From Balanoglossus misakiensis (Eukaryota; Animalia; Hemichordata), in NCBI GenBank assembly GCA_040954595.2, contig CM082589.2:11172894-11236893 (forward strand): a DNA stretch of 64,000 bases, in the 5' to 3' direction. This document shows positions 15,501 through 30,500 of the stretch, one piece after another. Numbering within the stretch: the first letter of the stretch is position 1; each line of letters starts with the position of its first letter. Below the pieces are notes generated by a model. That model worked only from the letters and a program-made list of their open reading frames with translations. It did not search any database and was not told the DNA's origin. The position numbers were made by a program, and so were the translations under genes.

Positions 15501-18500
15501 TATCGACTTTGCAAAATCTCACAATTTCGTCGATTTTTGAAAAAAATCATGGGTGAAAATCATCAAAAAATTACAAATTTTCGACTTTGCAAAATCTCAA
15601 AATTTCGTCGATTTTTGTAAAAAATCATGGGTGAAAATCATCAAAAAATGACAAATTTTCGACTTTGCAAAATCTCAAAATTTAGTCGATTTTTGAAAAA
15701 AAATCATAGGTGAAAATCATCAAAAAATGACAAATTTTCGACTTTGCAAAATTTCAAAATTTCGTCAATTTTTGAAAAAAATCAGGGGTAAAAATCATCA
15801 AAAAATGACAAATTTTCGTCTTTGCTAAATCTCAAAATTTCGTCGATTTTTGAATAAAAATCATGGGTGAAAATCATCAAAAAATGACAAATTTTCGACT
15901 TTGCAAAATCTCAAAATTTCGTCGATTTTTGAAAAAAAATCATGGTGAAAATCATCAAAAAATGACAAATTTTCGACTTTGCAAAATCTCAAAATTTCGT
16001 CGATTTTTGAAAAAAAATCATGGTGAAAATCATCAAAAAATGACAAATTTTCGACTTTGCAAAATCTCAAATTTTCGTCGATTTTTGAAAAAAAATCATG
16101 GTTGAAAATAATCAAAAAATGACAAAATTTTCGACTTTGTAAAATCAAAAAATTTCGTCGATTTTGAAAAAAATCATAGGTTCGTCGATTTTTAAAAAAA
16201 AACAAGGGTGAAAATCATCAAAAAATGACAAATTTTCGACTTTGCAAAATCTCAAAATTTCGTCGATTTTTGAAAAAAAATCATGGGTGAAAATTATCAA
16301 AAAATGACACATTTTCGATTATGCAAAATCTCAAAATTTCGTCGATTTTTGAATAAAAATCATGGGTGAAAATCATCAAAAAATGACAAATTTTCGACTT
16401 TGCAAAATCTCAAAATTTCGTCGATTTTTGAATAAAAATCATGGGTGAAAATCATCAAAAAATGACAAATTTTCGACTTTGCAAAATCTCAAAATTTCGT
16501 CGATTTTTGAAAAAAAATCATGGTGAAAATCATCAAAAAATGACAAATTTTCGACTTTGCAAAATCTCAAAATTTCGTCGATTTTTGAAAAAAAATCATG
16601 GTGAAAATCATCAAAAAATGACAAATTTTCGTCTTTGCAAAATCTCAAAATTTCGTCCATTTTTGAAAAAAAATAATGGTTGAAAATCATCAAAAAATGA
16701 CAAATTTTTGACTTTGCAAAATCTCAAAATTTCGTTCATTTTTAAAAAAAATCATGGGTGAAAATCATCAAAAAATGACAAATTTTCGATTATGCAAAAT
16801 CTCAAAATTTCGTCGATTTTGAAAAAAATCATGGGTTCGTCGATTTTTAAAAAAAAAACATTGGTGAAAATCATCAAAATATGACAAATTTTCGACTTTG
16901 CAAAATCTCAAAATTTCGTCGATTTTTGAAAAAATCATGGGTGAAAATCATCAAAAAATGACAAAATTTTCGACTTTGTAAAATCACAAAATTTCGTCGA
17001 TTTTGAAAAAAATCATAGGTTCGTCGATTTAAAAAAAAAAAACATGGGTGAAAATCATCAAAAAATGACAAATTTTCGACTTTGCAAAATCTCAAAATTT
17101 CGTCGATTTTTGTAAAAAAATCATGGGTAAAAATCATCAAAAAATGACACATTTTCGATTATGCAAAATCTCAAAATTTCGTCGATTTTTGAAAAAAAAT
17201 CATGGGTGAAAATCATGAAAAAATGACACATTTTCGACTTTGAAAAATCTAAAAATTTCGTCGACTTTTGAAAAAAAATCATGGGTAAAAATCATCAAAA
17301 AATGACAAATTTTCGTCTTTGCAAAATCTTAAAATTTCGTCGATTTTTGAAAAAAATCATGGGTGAAAATCATCAAAAAATGACAAATTTTCGACTTTGC
17401 AAAATCTCAAAATTTCGTCCATTTTTGAAAAAAAATAATGGTTGAAAATCATCAAAAAATGACAAATTTTTGACTTTGCAAAATCTCAAAATTTCGTTCA
17501 TTTTTAAAAAAAATCATGGGTGAAAATCATCAAAAAATGACAAATTTTCGATTATGCAAAATCTCAAAATTTCGTCGATTTTGAAAAAAATCATGGGTTC
17601 GTCGATTTTTAAAAAAAAACATTGGTGAAAATCATCAAAATATGACAAATTTTCGACTTTGCAAAATCTCAAAATTTCGTCGATTTTTGAAAAAATCATG
17701 GGTGAAAATCATCAAAAAATGACAAAATTTTCGACTTTGTAAAATCACAAAATTTCGTCGATTTTGAAAAAAATCATAGGTTCGTCGATTTAAAAAAAAA
17801 AAACATGGGTGAAAATCATCAAAAAATGACAAATTTTCGACTTTGCAAAATCTCAAAATTTCGTCGATTTTTGAAAAAAAATCATGGGTGAAAATCATCA
17901 AAAAATGACACATTTTCGATTATGCAAAATCTCAAAATTTCGTCGATTTTTGAAAAAAAATCATGGGTGAAAATCATGAAAAAATGACACATTTTCGACT
18001 TTGAAAAATCTAAAAATTTCGTCAACTTTTGAAAAAAAATCATGGGTAAAAATCATCAAAAAATGACAAATTTTCGTCTTTGCAAAATCTTAAAATTTCG
18101 TCGATTTTTGAAAAAAATCATGGGTAAAAATCATCAAAAAATGACAAATTTTCGTCTTTGCTAAATCTCAAAATTTCGTCGGTTTTTGAAAAATAATATG
18201 GGTGAAAATCATCAAAAAATGACAAATTTTCGACTTTGCAAAATCTCAAAATTTCGTCGATTTTTGAATAAAAATCATGGGTGAAAATCATCAAAAAATG
18301 ACAAATTTTCGACTTTGCAAAATCTCAAAATTTCGTCGATTTTTGAAAAAAAATCATGGTGAAAATCATCAAAAAATGACAAAATTTTCGACTTTGTAAA
18401 ATCACAAAATTTCGTCGATTTTGAAAAAAATCATAGGTTCGTCGATTTTTAAAAAAAAAACATTGGTGAAAATCATCAAAATATGACAAATTTTCGACTT

Positions 18501-21500
18501 TGCAAAATCTCAAAATTTCGTCGATTTTTGAAAAAATCATTGGTGAAAATCATCAAAAAATGACAAATTTTCGACTTTGCAAAATCTCAAAATTTCGTCC
18601 ATTTTAAAAAAAAAACATGGGGCAAAATCATCAAAAAATGACAAATTTTCGACTTTGCAAAATCTCAAAATTTCGTCGATTTTTGAAAAAAAATCATGGT
18701 GAAAATCATCAAAAAATGACAAAATTTTCGACTTTGTAAAATCACAAAATTTCGTCGATTTTGAAAAAAATCATAGGTTCGTCGATTTTTAAAAAAAAAC
18801 ATTGGTGAAAATCATCAAAATATGACAAATTTTCGACTTTGCAAAATCTCAAAATTTCGTCGATTTTTGAAAAAATCATTGGTGAAAATCATCAAAAAAT
18901 GACAAATTTTCGACTTTGCAAAATCTCAAAATTTCGTCCATTTTAAAAAAAAAACATGGGGCAAAATCATCAAAAAATGACAAATTTTCGACTTTGCAAA
19001 ATCTCAAAATTTCGTCGATTTTTGAAAAAAAATCATGGTGAAAATCATCAAAAAATGACAAATTTTCGACTTTGCAAAATCTCAAAATTTCGTCGATTTT
19101 TGAAAAAAAAACATGGGGGAAAATCATCAAAAAATGACAAATTTTCGACTTTGCAAAATCTCAAAATTTCGTCGATTTTGAAAAAAACCATTGGGGGAAA
19201 ATCATCAAAAAATGACAAATTATCGACTTTGCAAAATCTCACAATTTCGTCGATTTTTGAAAAAAATCATGGGTGAAAATCATCAAAAAATTACAAATTT
19301 TCGACTTTGCAAAATCTCAAAATTTCGTCGATTTTTGTAAAAAATCATGGGTGAAAATCATCAAAAAATGACAAATTTTCGACTTTGCAAAATCTCAAAA
19401 TTTAGTCGATTTTTGAAAAAAAATCATAGGTGAAAATCATCAAAAAATGACAAATTTTCGACTTTGCAAAATTTCAAAATTTCGTCAATTTTTGAAAAAA
19501 ATCAGGGGTAAAAATCATCAAAAAATGACAAATTTTCGTCTTTGCTAAATCTCAAAATTTCGTCGATTTTTGAATAAAAATCATGGGTGAAAATCATCAA
19601 AAAATGACAAATTTTCGACTTTGCAAAATCTCAAAATTTCGTCGATTTTTGAAAAAAAATCATGGTGAAAATCATCAAAAAATGACAAATTTTCGACTTT
19701 GCAAAATCTCAAAATTTCGTCGATTTTTGAAAAAAAATCATGGTGAAAATCATCAAAAAATGACAAATTTTCGACTTTGCAAAATCTCAAATTTTCGTCG
19801 ATTTTTGAAAAAAAATCATGGTTGAAAATAATCAAAAAATGACAAAATTTTCGACTTTGTAAAATCAAAAAATTTCGTCGATTTTGAAAAAAATCATAGG
19901 TTCGTCGATTTTTAAAAAAAATCATGGTGAAAATCATCAAAAAATGACAAATTTTCGACTTTGCAAAATCTCAAAATTTCGTCGATTTTTGAAAAAAAAT
20001 CATGGTGAAAATCATCAAAAAATGACAAATTTTCGTCTTTGCAAAATCTCAAAATTTCGTCCATTTTTGAAAAAAAATAATGGGTGAAAATCATCAAAAA
20101 ATGACAAATTTTTGACTTTGCAAAATCTCAAAATTTCGTTCATTTTTAAAAAAAATCATGGGTGAAAATCATCAAAAAATGACAAATTTTCGATTATGCA
20201 AAATCTCAAAATTTCGTCGATTTTGAAAAAAATCATGGGTTCGTCGATTTTTAAAAAAAAAACATTGGTGAAAATCATCAAAATATGACAAATTTTCGAC
20301 TTTGCAAAATCTCAAAATTTCGTCGATTTTTGAAAAAATCATGGGTGAAAATCATCAAAAAATGACAAAATTTTCGACTTTGTAAAATCACAAAATTTCG
20401 TCGATTTTGAAAAAAATCATAGGTTCGTCGATTTAAAAAAAAAAAACATGGGTGAAAATCATCAAAAAATGACAAATTTTCGACTTTGCAAAATCTCAAA
20501 ATTTCGTCGATTTTTGTAAAAAAATCATGGGTAAAAATCATCAAAAAATGACACATTTTCGATTATGCAAAATCTCAAAATTTCGTCGATTTTTGAAAAA
20601 AAATCATGGGTGAAAATCATGAAAAAATGACACATTTTCGACTTTGAAAAATCTAAAAATTTCGTCGACTTTTGAAAAAAAATCATGGGTAAAAATCATC
20701 AAAAAATGACAAATTTTCGTCTTTGCAAAATCTTAAAATTTCGTCGATTTTTGAAAAAAATCATGGGTGAAAATCATCAAAAAATGACAAATTTTCGACT
20801 TTGCAAAATCTCAAAATTTCGTCCATTTTTGAAAAAAAATAATGGTTGAAAATCATCAAAAAATGACAAATTTTTGACTTTGCAAAATCTCAAAATTTCG
20901 TTGATTTTTGAAAAAAATCATGGTGAAAATCATCAAAAAATGACAAAATTTTCGACTTTGTAAAATCACAAAATTTCGTCGATTTTGAAAAAAATCATAG
21001 GTTCGTCGATTTTTAAAAAAAAAACATTGGTGAAAATCATCAAAATATGACAAATTTTCGACTTTGCAAAATCTCAAAATTTCGTCGATTTTTGAAAAAA
21101 TCATTGGTGAAAATCATCAAAAAATGACAAATTTTCGACTTTGCAAAATCTCAAAATTTCGTCCATTTTAAAAAAAAAACATGGGGCAAAATCATCAAAA
21201 AATGACAAATTTTCGACTTTGCAAAATCTCAAAATTTCGTCGATTTTTGAAAAAAAATCATGGTGAAAATCATCAAAAAATGACAAATTTTCGACTTTGC
21301 AAAATCTCAAAATTTCGTCGATTTTTGAAAAAAAAACATGGGGGAAAATCATCAAAAAATGACAAATTTTCGACTTTGCAAAATCTCAAAATTTCGTCGA
21401 TTTTGAAAAAAACCATTGGGGGAAAATCATCAAAAAATGACAAATTATCGACTTTGCAAAATCTCACAATTTCGTCGATTTTTGAAAAAAATCATGGGTG

Positions 21501-24500
21501 AAAATCATCAAAAAATTACAAATTTTCGACTTTGCAAAATCTCAAAATTTCGTCGATTTTTGTAAAAAATCATGGGTGAAAATCATCAAAAAATGACAAA
21601 TTTTCGACTTTGCAAAATCTCAAAATTTAGTCGATTTTTGAAAAAAAATCATAGGTGAAAATCATCAAAAAATGACAAATTTTCGACTTTGCAAAATTTC
21701 AAAATTTCGTCAATTTTTGAAAAAAATCAGGGGTAAAAATCATCAAAAAATGACAAATTTTCGTCTTTGCTAAATCTCAAAATTTCGTCGATTTTTGAAT
21801 AAAAATCATGGGTGAAAATCATCAAAAAATGACAAATTTTCGACTTTGCAAAATCTCAAAATTTCGTCGATTTTTGAAAAAAAATCATGGTGAAAATCAT
21901 CAAAAAATGACAAATTTTCGACTTTGCAAAATCTCAAAATTTCGTCGATTTTTGAAAAAAAATCATGGTGAAAATCATCAAAAAATGACAAATTTTCGAC
22001 TTTGCAAAATCTCAAATTTTCGTCGATTTTTGAAAAAAAATCATGGTTGAAAATAATCAAAAAATGACAAAATTTTCGACTTTGTAAAATCAAAAAATTT
22101 CGTCGATTTTGAAAAAAATCATAGGTTCGTCGATTTTTAAAAAAAAACAAGGGTGAAAATCATCAAAAAATGACAAATTTTCGACTTTGCAAAATCTCAA
22201 AATTTCGTCGATTTTTGAAAAAAAATCATGGGTGAAAATTATCAAAAAATGACACATTTTCGATTATGCAAAATCTCAAAATTTCGTCGATTTTTGAATA
22301 AAAATCATGGGTGAAAATCATCAAAAAATGACAAATTTTCGACTTTGCAAAATCTCAAAATTTCGTCGATTTTTGAATAAAAATCATGGGTGAAAATCAT
22401 CAAAAAATGACAAATTTTCGACTTTGCAAAATCTCAAAATTTCGTCGATTTTTGAAAAAAAATCATGGTGAAAATCATCAAAAAATGACAAATTTTCGAC
22501 TTTGCAAAATCTCAAAATTTCGTCGATTTTTGAAAAAAAATCATGGTGAAAATCATCAAAAAATGACAAATTTTCGTCTTTGCAAAATCTCAAAATTTCG
22601 TCCATTTTTGAAAAAAAATAATGGTTGAAAATCATCAAAAAATGACAAATTTTTGACTTTGCAAAATCTCAAAATTTCGTTCATTTTTAAAAAAAATCAT
22701 GGGTGAAAATCATCAAAAAATGACAAATTTTCGATTATGCAAAATCTCAAAATTTCGTCGATTTTGAAAAAAATCATGGGTTCGTCGATTTTTAAAAAAA
22801 AACATTGGTGAAAATCATCAAAATATGACAAATTTTCGACTTTGCAAAATCTCAAAATTTCGTCGATTTTTGAAAAAATCATGGGTGAAAATCATCAAAA
22901 AATGACAAAATTTTCGACTTTGTAAAATCACAAAATTTCGTCGATTTTGAAAAAAATCATAGGTTCGTCGATTTAAAAAAAAAAAACATGGGTGAAAATC
23001 ATCAAAAAATGACAAATTTTCGACTTTGCAAAATCTCAAAATTTCGTCGATTTTTGTAAAAAAATCATGGGTAAAAATCATCAAAAAATGACACATTTTC
23101 GATTATGCAAAATCTCAAAATTTCGTCGATTTTTGAAAAAAAATCATGGGTGAAAATCATGAAAAAATGACACATTTTCGACTTTGAAAAATCTAAAAAT
23201 TTCGTCGACTTTTGAAAAAAAATCATGGGTAAAAATCATCAAAAAATGACAAATTTTCGTCTTTGCAAAATCTTAAAATTTCGTCGATTTTTGAAAAAAA
23301 TCATGGGTGAAAATCATCAAAAAATGACAAATTTTCGACTTTGCAAAATCTCAAAATTTCGTCCATTTTTGAAAAAAAATAATGGTTGAAAATCATCAAA
23401 AAATGACAAATTTTTGACTTTGCAAAATCTCAAAATTTCGTTCATTTTTAAAAAAAATCATGGGTGAAAATCATCAAAAAATGACAAATTTTCGATTATG
23501 CAAAATCTCAAAATTTCGTCGATTTTGAAAAAAATCATGGGTTCGTCGATTTTTAAAAAAAAACATTGGTGAAAATCATCAAAATATGACAAATTTTCGA
23601 CTTTGCAAAATCTCAAAATTTCGTCGATTTTTGAAAAAATCATGGGTGAAAATCATCAAAAAATGACAAAATTTTCGACTTTGTAAAATCACAAAATTTC
23701 GTCGATTTTGAAAAAAATCATAGGTTCGTCGATTTAAAAAAAAAAACCATGGGTGAAAATCATCAAAAAATGACAAATTTTCGACTTTGCAAAATCTCAA
23801 AATTTCGTCGATTTTTGAAAAAAAATCATGGGTGAAAATCATCAAAAAATGACACATTTTCGATTATGCAAAATCTCAAAATTTCGTCGATTTTTGAAAA
23901 AAAATCATGGGTGAAAATCATGAAAAAATGACACATTTTCGACTTTGAAAAATCTAAAAATTTCGTCAACTTTTGAAAAAAAATCATGGGTAAAAATCAT
24001 CAAAAAATGACAAATTTTCGTCTTTGCAAAATCTTAACATTTCGTCGATTTTTGAAAAAAATCATGGGTAAAAATCATCAAAAAATGACAAATTTTCGTC
24101 TTTGCTAAATCTCAAAATTTCGTCGGTTTTTGAAAAATAATATGGGTGAAAATCATCAAAAAATGACAAATTTTCGACTTTGCAAAATCTCAAAATTTCG
24201 TCGATTTTTGAATAAAAATCATGGGTGAAAATCATCAAAAAATGACAAATTTTCGACTTTGCAAAATCTCAAAATTTCGTCGATTTTTGAAAAAAAATCA
24301 TGGTGAAAATCATCAAAAAATGACAAAATTTTCGACTTTGTAAAATCACAAAATTTCGTCGATTTTGAAAAAAATCATAGGTTCGTCGATTTTTAAAAAA
24401 AAAACATTGGTGAAAATCATCAAAATATGACAAATTTTCGACTTTGCAAAATCTCAAAATTTCGTCGATTTTTGAAAAAATCATTGGTGAAAATCATCAA

Positions 24501-27500
24501 AAAATGACAAATTTTCGACTTTGCAAAATCTCAAAATTTCGTCCATTTTAAAAAAAAAACATGGGGCAAAATCATCAAAAAATGACAAATTTTCGACTTT
24601 GCAAAATCTCAAAATTTCGTCGATTTTTGAAAAAAAATCATGGTGAAAATCATCAAAAAATGACAAAATTTTCGACTTTGTAAAATCACAAAATTTCGTC
24701 GATTTTGAAAAAAATCATAGGTTCGTCGATTTTTAAAAAAAAAACATTGGTGAAAATCATCAAAATATGACAAATTTTCGACTTTGCAAAATCTCAAAAT
24801 TTCGTCGATTTTTGAAAAAATCATTGGTGAAAATCATCAAAAAATGACAAATTTTCGACTTTGCAAAATCTCAAAATTTCGTCCATTTTAAAAAAAAAAC
24901 ATGGGGCAAAATCATCAAAAAATGACAAATTTTCGACTTTGCAAAATCTCAAAATTTCGTCGATTTTTGAAAAAAAAATCATGGGTGAAAATCATCAAAA
25001 AATGACAAATTTTCGTCTTTGCAAAATCTCAAAATTTCGTCCATTTTTGAATAAAAATCATGGGTAAAAATCATCAAAAATGACAAATTTTCGTCTTTGC
25101 AAAATCTCAAATTTTCGTCGATTTTTGAAAAAAAATCATGGTTGAAAATCATCAAAAAATGACAAAATTTTCGACTTTGTAAAATCACAAAATTTCGTCG
25201 ATTTTGAAAAAAATCATAGGTTCGTCGATTTTTAAAAAAAAAACATGGGTGAAAATCATCAAAAAATGACAAATTTTCGACTTTGCAAAATCTCAAAATT
25301 TCGTCGATTTTTGAAAAAAAATCATGGGTAAAAATCATCAAAAAATGACACATTTTCGATTATGCAAAATCTCAAAATTTCGTCGATTTTTGAAAAAAAA
25401 TCATGGGTGAAAATCATGAAAAAATGACAAATTTTCGACTTTGCAAAATCTCAAAATTTCGTCGATTTTTGAAAAAAAATCATGGTGAAAATCATCAAAA
25501 AATGACAAAATTTTCGACTTTGTAAAATCACAAAATTTCGTCGATTTTGAAAAAAATCATAGGTTCGTCGATTTTTAAAAAAAAAACATTGGTGAAAATC
25601 ATCAAAATATGACAAATTTTCGACTTTGCAAAATCTCAAAATTTCGTCGATTTTTGAAAAAATCATTGGTGAAAATCATCAAAAAATGACAAATTTTCGA
25701 CTTTGCAAAATCTCAAAATTTCGTCCATTTTAAAAAAAAAACATGGGGCAAAATCATCAAAAAATGACAAATTTTCGACTTTGCAAAATCTCAAAATTTC
25801 GTCGATTTTTGAAAAAAAATCATGGTGAAAATCATCAAAAAATGACAAAATTTTCGACTTTGTAAAATCACAAAATTTCGTCGATTTTGAAAAAAATCAT
25901 AGGTTCGTCGATTTTTAAAAAAAAAACATTGGTGAAAATCATCAAAATATGACAAATTTTCGACTTTGCAAAATCTCAAAATTTCGTCGATTTTTGAAAA
26001 AATCATTGGTGAAAATCATCAAAAAATGACAAATTTTCGACTTTGCAAAATCTCAAAATTTCGTCCATTTTAAAAAAAAAACATGGGGCAAAATCATCAA
26101 AAAATGACAAATTTTCGACTTTGCAAAATCTCAAAATTTCGTCGATTTTTGAAAAAAAAATCATGGGTGAAAATCATCAAAAAATGACAAATTTTCGTCT
26201 TTGCAAAATCTCAAAATTTCGTCCATTTTTGAATAAAAATCATGGGTAAAAATCATCAAAAATGACAAATTTTCGTCTTTGCAAAATCTCAAATTTTCGT
26301 CGATTTTTGAAAAAAAATCATGGTTGAAAATCATCAAAAAATGACAAAATTTTCGACTTTGTAAAATCACAAAATTTCGTCGATTTTGAAAAAAATCATA
26401 GGTTCGTCGATTTTTAAAAAAAAAACATGGGTGAAAATCATCAAAAAATGACAAATTTTCGACTTTGAAAAATCTAAAAATTTCGTCGATTTTTGAAAAA
26501 AAATCATGGGTAAAAATCTTCAAAAAATGACAAATTTTCGTCTTTGCAAAATCTTAAAATTTCGTCGATTTTTGAAAAAAATCATGGGTGAAAATCATCA
26601 AAAAATGACAAATTTTCGACTTTGCAAAATCTCAAAATTTCGTCAATTTTTGAAAAAATCATGGGTAAAAATCATCAAAAAATGACAAATTTTCGTCTTT
26701 GCTAAATCTCAAAATTTCGTCGGTTTTTGAAAAATAATATGGGTGAAAATCATCAAAAAATGACAAATTTTCGACTTTGCAAAATCTCAAAATTTCGTCG
26801 ATTTTTGAATAAAAATCATGGGTGAAAATCATCAAAAAATGACACATTTTCGACTTTGCAAAATCTCAACATTTCGTCGATTTTTGAAAAAAAATCATGG
26901 TGAAAATCATCAAAAAATGACAAAATTTTCGACTTTGTAAAATCACAAAATTTCGTCGATTTTGAAAAAAATCATAGGTTCGTCGATTTTTAAAAAAAAA
27001 ACATTGGTGAAAATCATCAAAATATGACAAATTTTCGACTTTGCAAAATCTCAAAATTTCGTCGATTTTTGAAAAAATCATGGGTGAAAATCATCAAAAA
27101 ATGACAAATTTTCAACTTTGCAAAATCTCAAAATTTCGTCGATTTTTGAAAAAAAATCATGGTGAAAATCATCAAAAAATGACAAAATTTTCGACTTTGT
27201 AAAATCACAAAATTTCGTCGATTTTGAAAAAAATCATAGGTTCGTCGATTTAAAAAAAAAAAACATTGGTGAAAATCATCAAAAAATGACAAATTTTCGT
27301 CTTTGCAAAATCTCAAAATTTCGTCCATTTTTGAAAAAAAATCATGGGTAAAAATCATCAAAAAATGACAAATTTTCGTTTTTGCAAAATCTCAAAATTT
27401 CGTCCATTTTAAAAAAAAAACATGGGGGAAAATCATCAAAAAATGACAAATTTTCGACTTTGCAAAATCTCAAAATTTCGTCCATTTTTGAAAAAAAATC

Positions 27501-30500
27501 ATGGGTAAAAATCATCAAAAAATGACAAATTTTCGTCTTTGCAAAATCTCAAAATTTCGTCCATTTAAAAAAAAAACATGGGGGAAAATCATCAAAAAAT
27601 GACAAATTTTCGACTTTGCAAAATCTCACAATTTCGTCGATTTTTGAAAAAAATCATGGGTGAAAATCATCAAAAAATTACAAATTTTCGACTTTGCAAA
27701 ATCTCAAAATTTCGTCGATTTTTGTAAAAAATCATGGGTGAAAATCATCAAAAAATGACAAATTTTCGACTTTGCAAAATCTCAAAATTTAGTCGATTTT
27801 TGAAAAAAAATCATAGGTGAAAATCATCAAAAAATGACAAATTTTCGACTTTGCAAAATTTCAAAATTTCGTCAATTTTTGAAAAAAATCAGGGGTAAAA
27901 ATCATCAAAAAATGACAAATTTTCGTCTTTGCTAAATCTCAAAATTTCGTCGGTTTTTGAAAAATAATATTGGTGAAAATCATCAAAAAATGACAAATTT
28001 TCGACTTTGCAAAATCTCAAAATTTCGTCGATTTTTGAAAAAAAATCATGGGTGAAAATCATCAAAAAATGACAAATTTTCGTCTTTGCAAAATCTCAAA
28101 ATTTCGTCCATTTTTGAATAAAAATCATGGGTAAAAATCATCAAAAATGACAAATTTTCGTCTTTGCAAAATCTCAAATTTTCGTCGATTTTTGAAAAAA
28201 AATCATGGTTGAAAATCATCAAAAAATGACAAAATTTTCGACTTTGTAAAATCAAAAAATTTCGTCGATTTTGAAAAAAATCATAGGTTCGTCGATTTTT
28301 AAAAAAAAAACATGGGTGAAAATCATCAAAAAATGACACATTTTCGATTATGCAAAATCTCAAAATTTCGTCGATTTTTGAAAAAAAATCATGGGTGAAA
28401 ATTATCAAAAAATGACACATTTTCGATTATGCAAAATCTCAAAATTTCGTCGATTTTTGAATAAAAATCATGGGTGAAAATCATCAAAAAATGACAAATT
28501 TTCGTCTTTGCAAAATCTCAAAATTTCGTCCATTTTTGAAAAAAAATAATGGTTGAAAATCATCAAAAAATGACAAATTTTCGACTTTGCAAAATCTCAA
28601 AATTTCGTCGATTTTTGAAAAAAAATCATGGTGAAAATCATCAAAAAATGACAAATTTTCGTCTTTGCAAAATCTCAAAATTTCGTCCATTTTTGAAAAA
28701 AAATAATGGTTGAAAATCATCAAAAAATGACAAATTTTTGACTTTGCAAAATCTCAAAATTTCGTTCATTTTTAAAAAAAATCATGGGTGAAAATCATCA
28801 AAAAATGACAAATTTTCGATTATGCAAAATCTCAAAATTTCGTCGATTTTGAAAAAAATCATGGGTTCGCCGATTTTTAAAAAAAAACATTGGTGAAAAT
28901 CATCAAAATATGACAAATTTTCGACTTTGCAAAATCTCAAAATTTCGTTCATTTTTAAAAAAAATCATGGGTGAAAATCATCAAAAAATGACAAATTTTC
29001 GATTATGCAAAATCTCAAAATTTCGTCGATTTTGAAAAAAATCATGGGTTCGCCGATTTTTAAAAAAAAACATTGGTGAAAATCATCAAAATATGACAAA
29101 TTTTCGACTTTGCAAAATCTCAAAATTTCGTTCATTTTTAAAAAAAATCATGGGTGAAAATCATCAAAAAATGACAAATTTTCGATTATGCAAAATCTCA
29201 AAATTTCGTCGATTTTTGAAAAAAAATCATGGGTGAAAATCATGAAAAAATGACACATTTTCGACTTTGAAAAATCTAAAAATTTCGTCGATTTTTGAAA
29301 AAAAATCATGGGTAAAAATCATCAAAAAATGACAAATTTTCGTCTTTGCAAAATCTTAAAATTTCGTCGATTTTTGAAAAAAATCATGGGTGAAAATCAT
29401 CAAAAAATGACAAATTTTCGACTTTGCAAAATCTCAAAATTTCGTCAATTTTTGAAAAAATCATGGGTAAAAATCATCAAAAAATGACAAATTTTCGTCT
29501 TTGCTAAATCTCAAAATTTCGTCGGTTTTTGAAAAATAATATGGGTGAAAATCATCAAAAAATGACAAATTTTCGACTTTGCAAAATCTCAAAAAAATTT
29601 TCGTCTTTGCAAAATCTCAAAATTTCGTCCATTTTTGAAAAAAAATCATGGGTAAAAATCATCAAAAAATGACAAATTTTCGTTTTTGCAAAATCTCAAA
29701 ATTTCGTCCATTTAAAAAAAAAAACATGGGTGAAAATCATCAAAAAATGACAAATTTTCGACTTTGCAAAATCTTAAAATTTCGTCCATTTTTGAAAAAA
29801 AATCATGGGTAAAAATCATCAAAAAATGACAAATTTTCGTCTTTGCAAAATCTCAAAATTTCGTCCATTTAAAAAAAAAACATGGGGGAAAATCATCAAA
29901 AAATGACAAATTTTCGATTATGCAAAATCTCAAAATTTCGTCGATTTTTGAATAAAAATCATGGGTGAAAATCATCAAAAAATGACAAATTTTCGACTTT
30001 GCAAAATCTCAAAATTTAGTCGATTTTTGAAAAAAAATCATAGGTGAAAATCATCAAAAAATGACAAATATTCGACTTTGCAAAATCTCAAAATTTCGTC
30101 AATTTTTGAAAAAAATCAGGGGTAAAAATCATCAAAAAATGACAAATTTTCGTCTTTGCTAAATCTCAAAATTTCGTCGGTTTTTGAAAAATAATATTGG
30201 TGAAAATCATCAAAAAATGACAAATTTTCGACTTTGCAAAATCTCAAAATTTCGTCCATTTTTGAAAAAAAATCATGGTGAAAATCATCAAAAAATGACA
30301 AATTTTCGACTTTGCAAAATCTCAAAATTTCGTCGATTTTGAAAAAAATCATAGGTTCGTCGATTTTTTAAAAAAAAAACATGGGTGAAAATCATCAAAA
30401 AATGACAAATTTTCGACTTTGCAAAATCTCAAAATTTCGTCGATTTTTGAAAAAAAATCATGGGTAAAAATCATCAAAAAATGACACATTTTCGATTATG

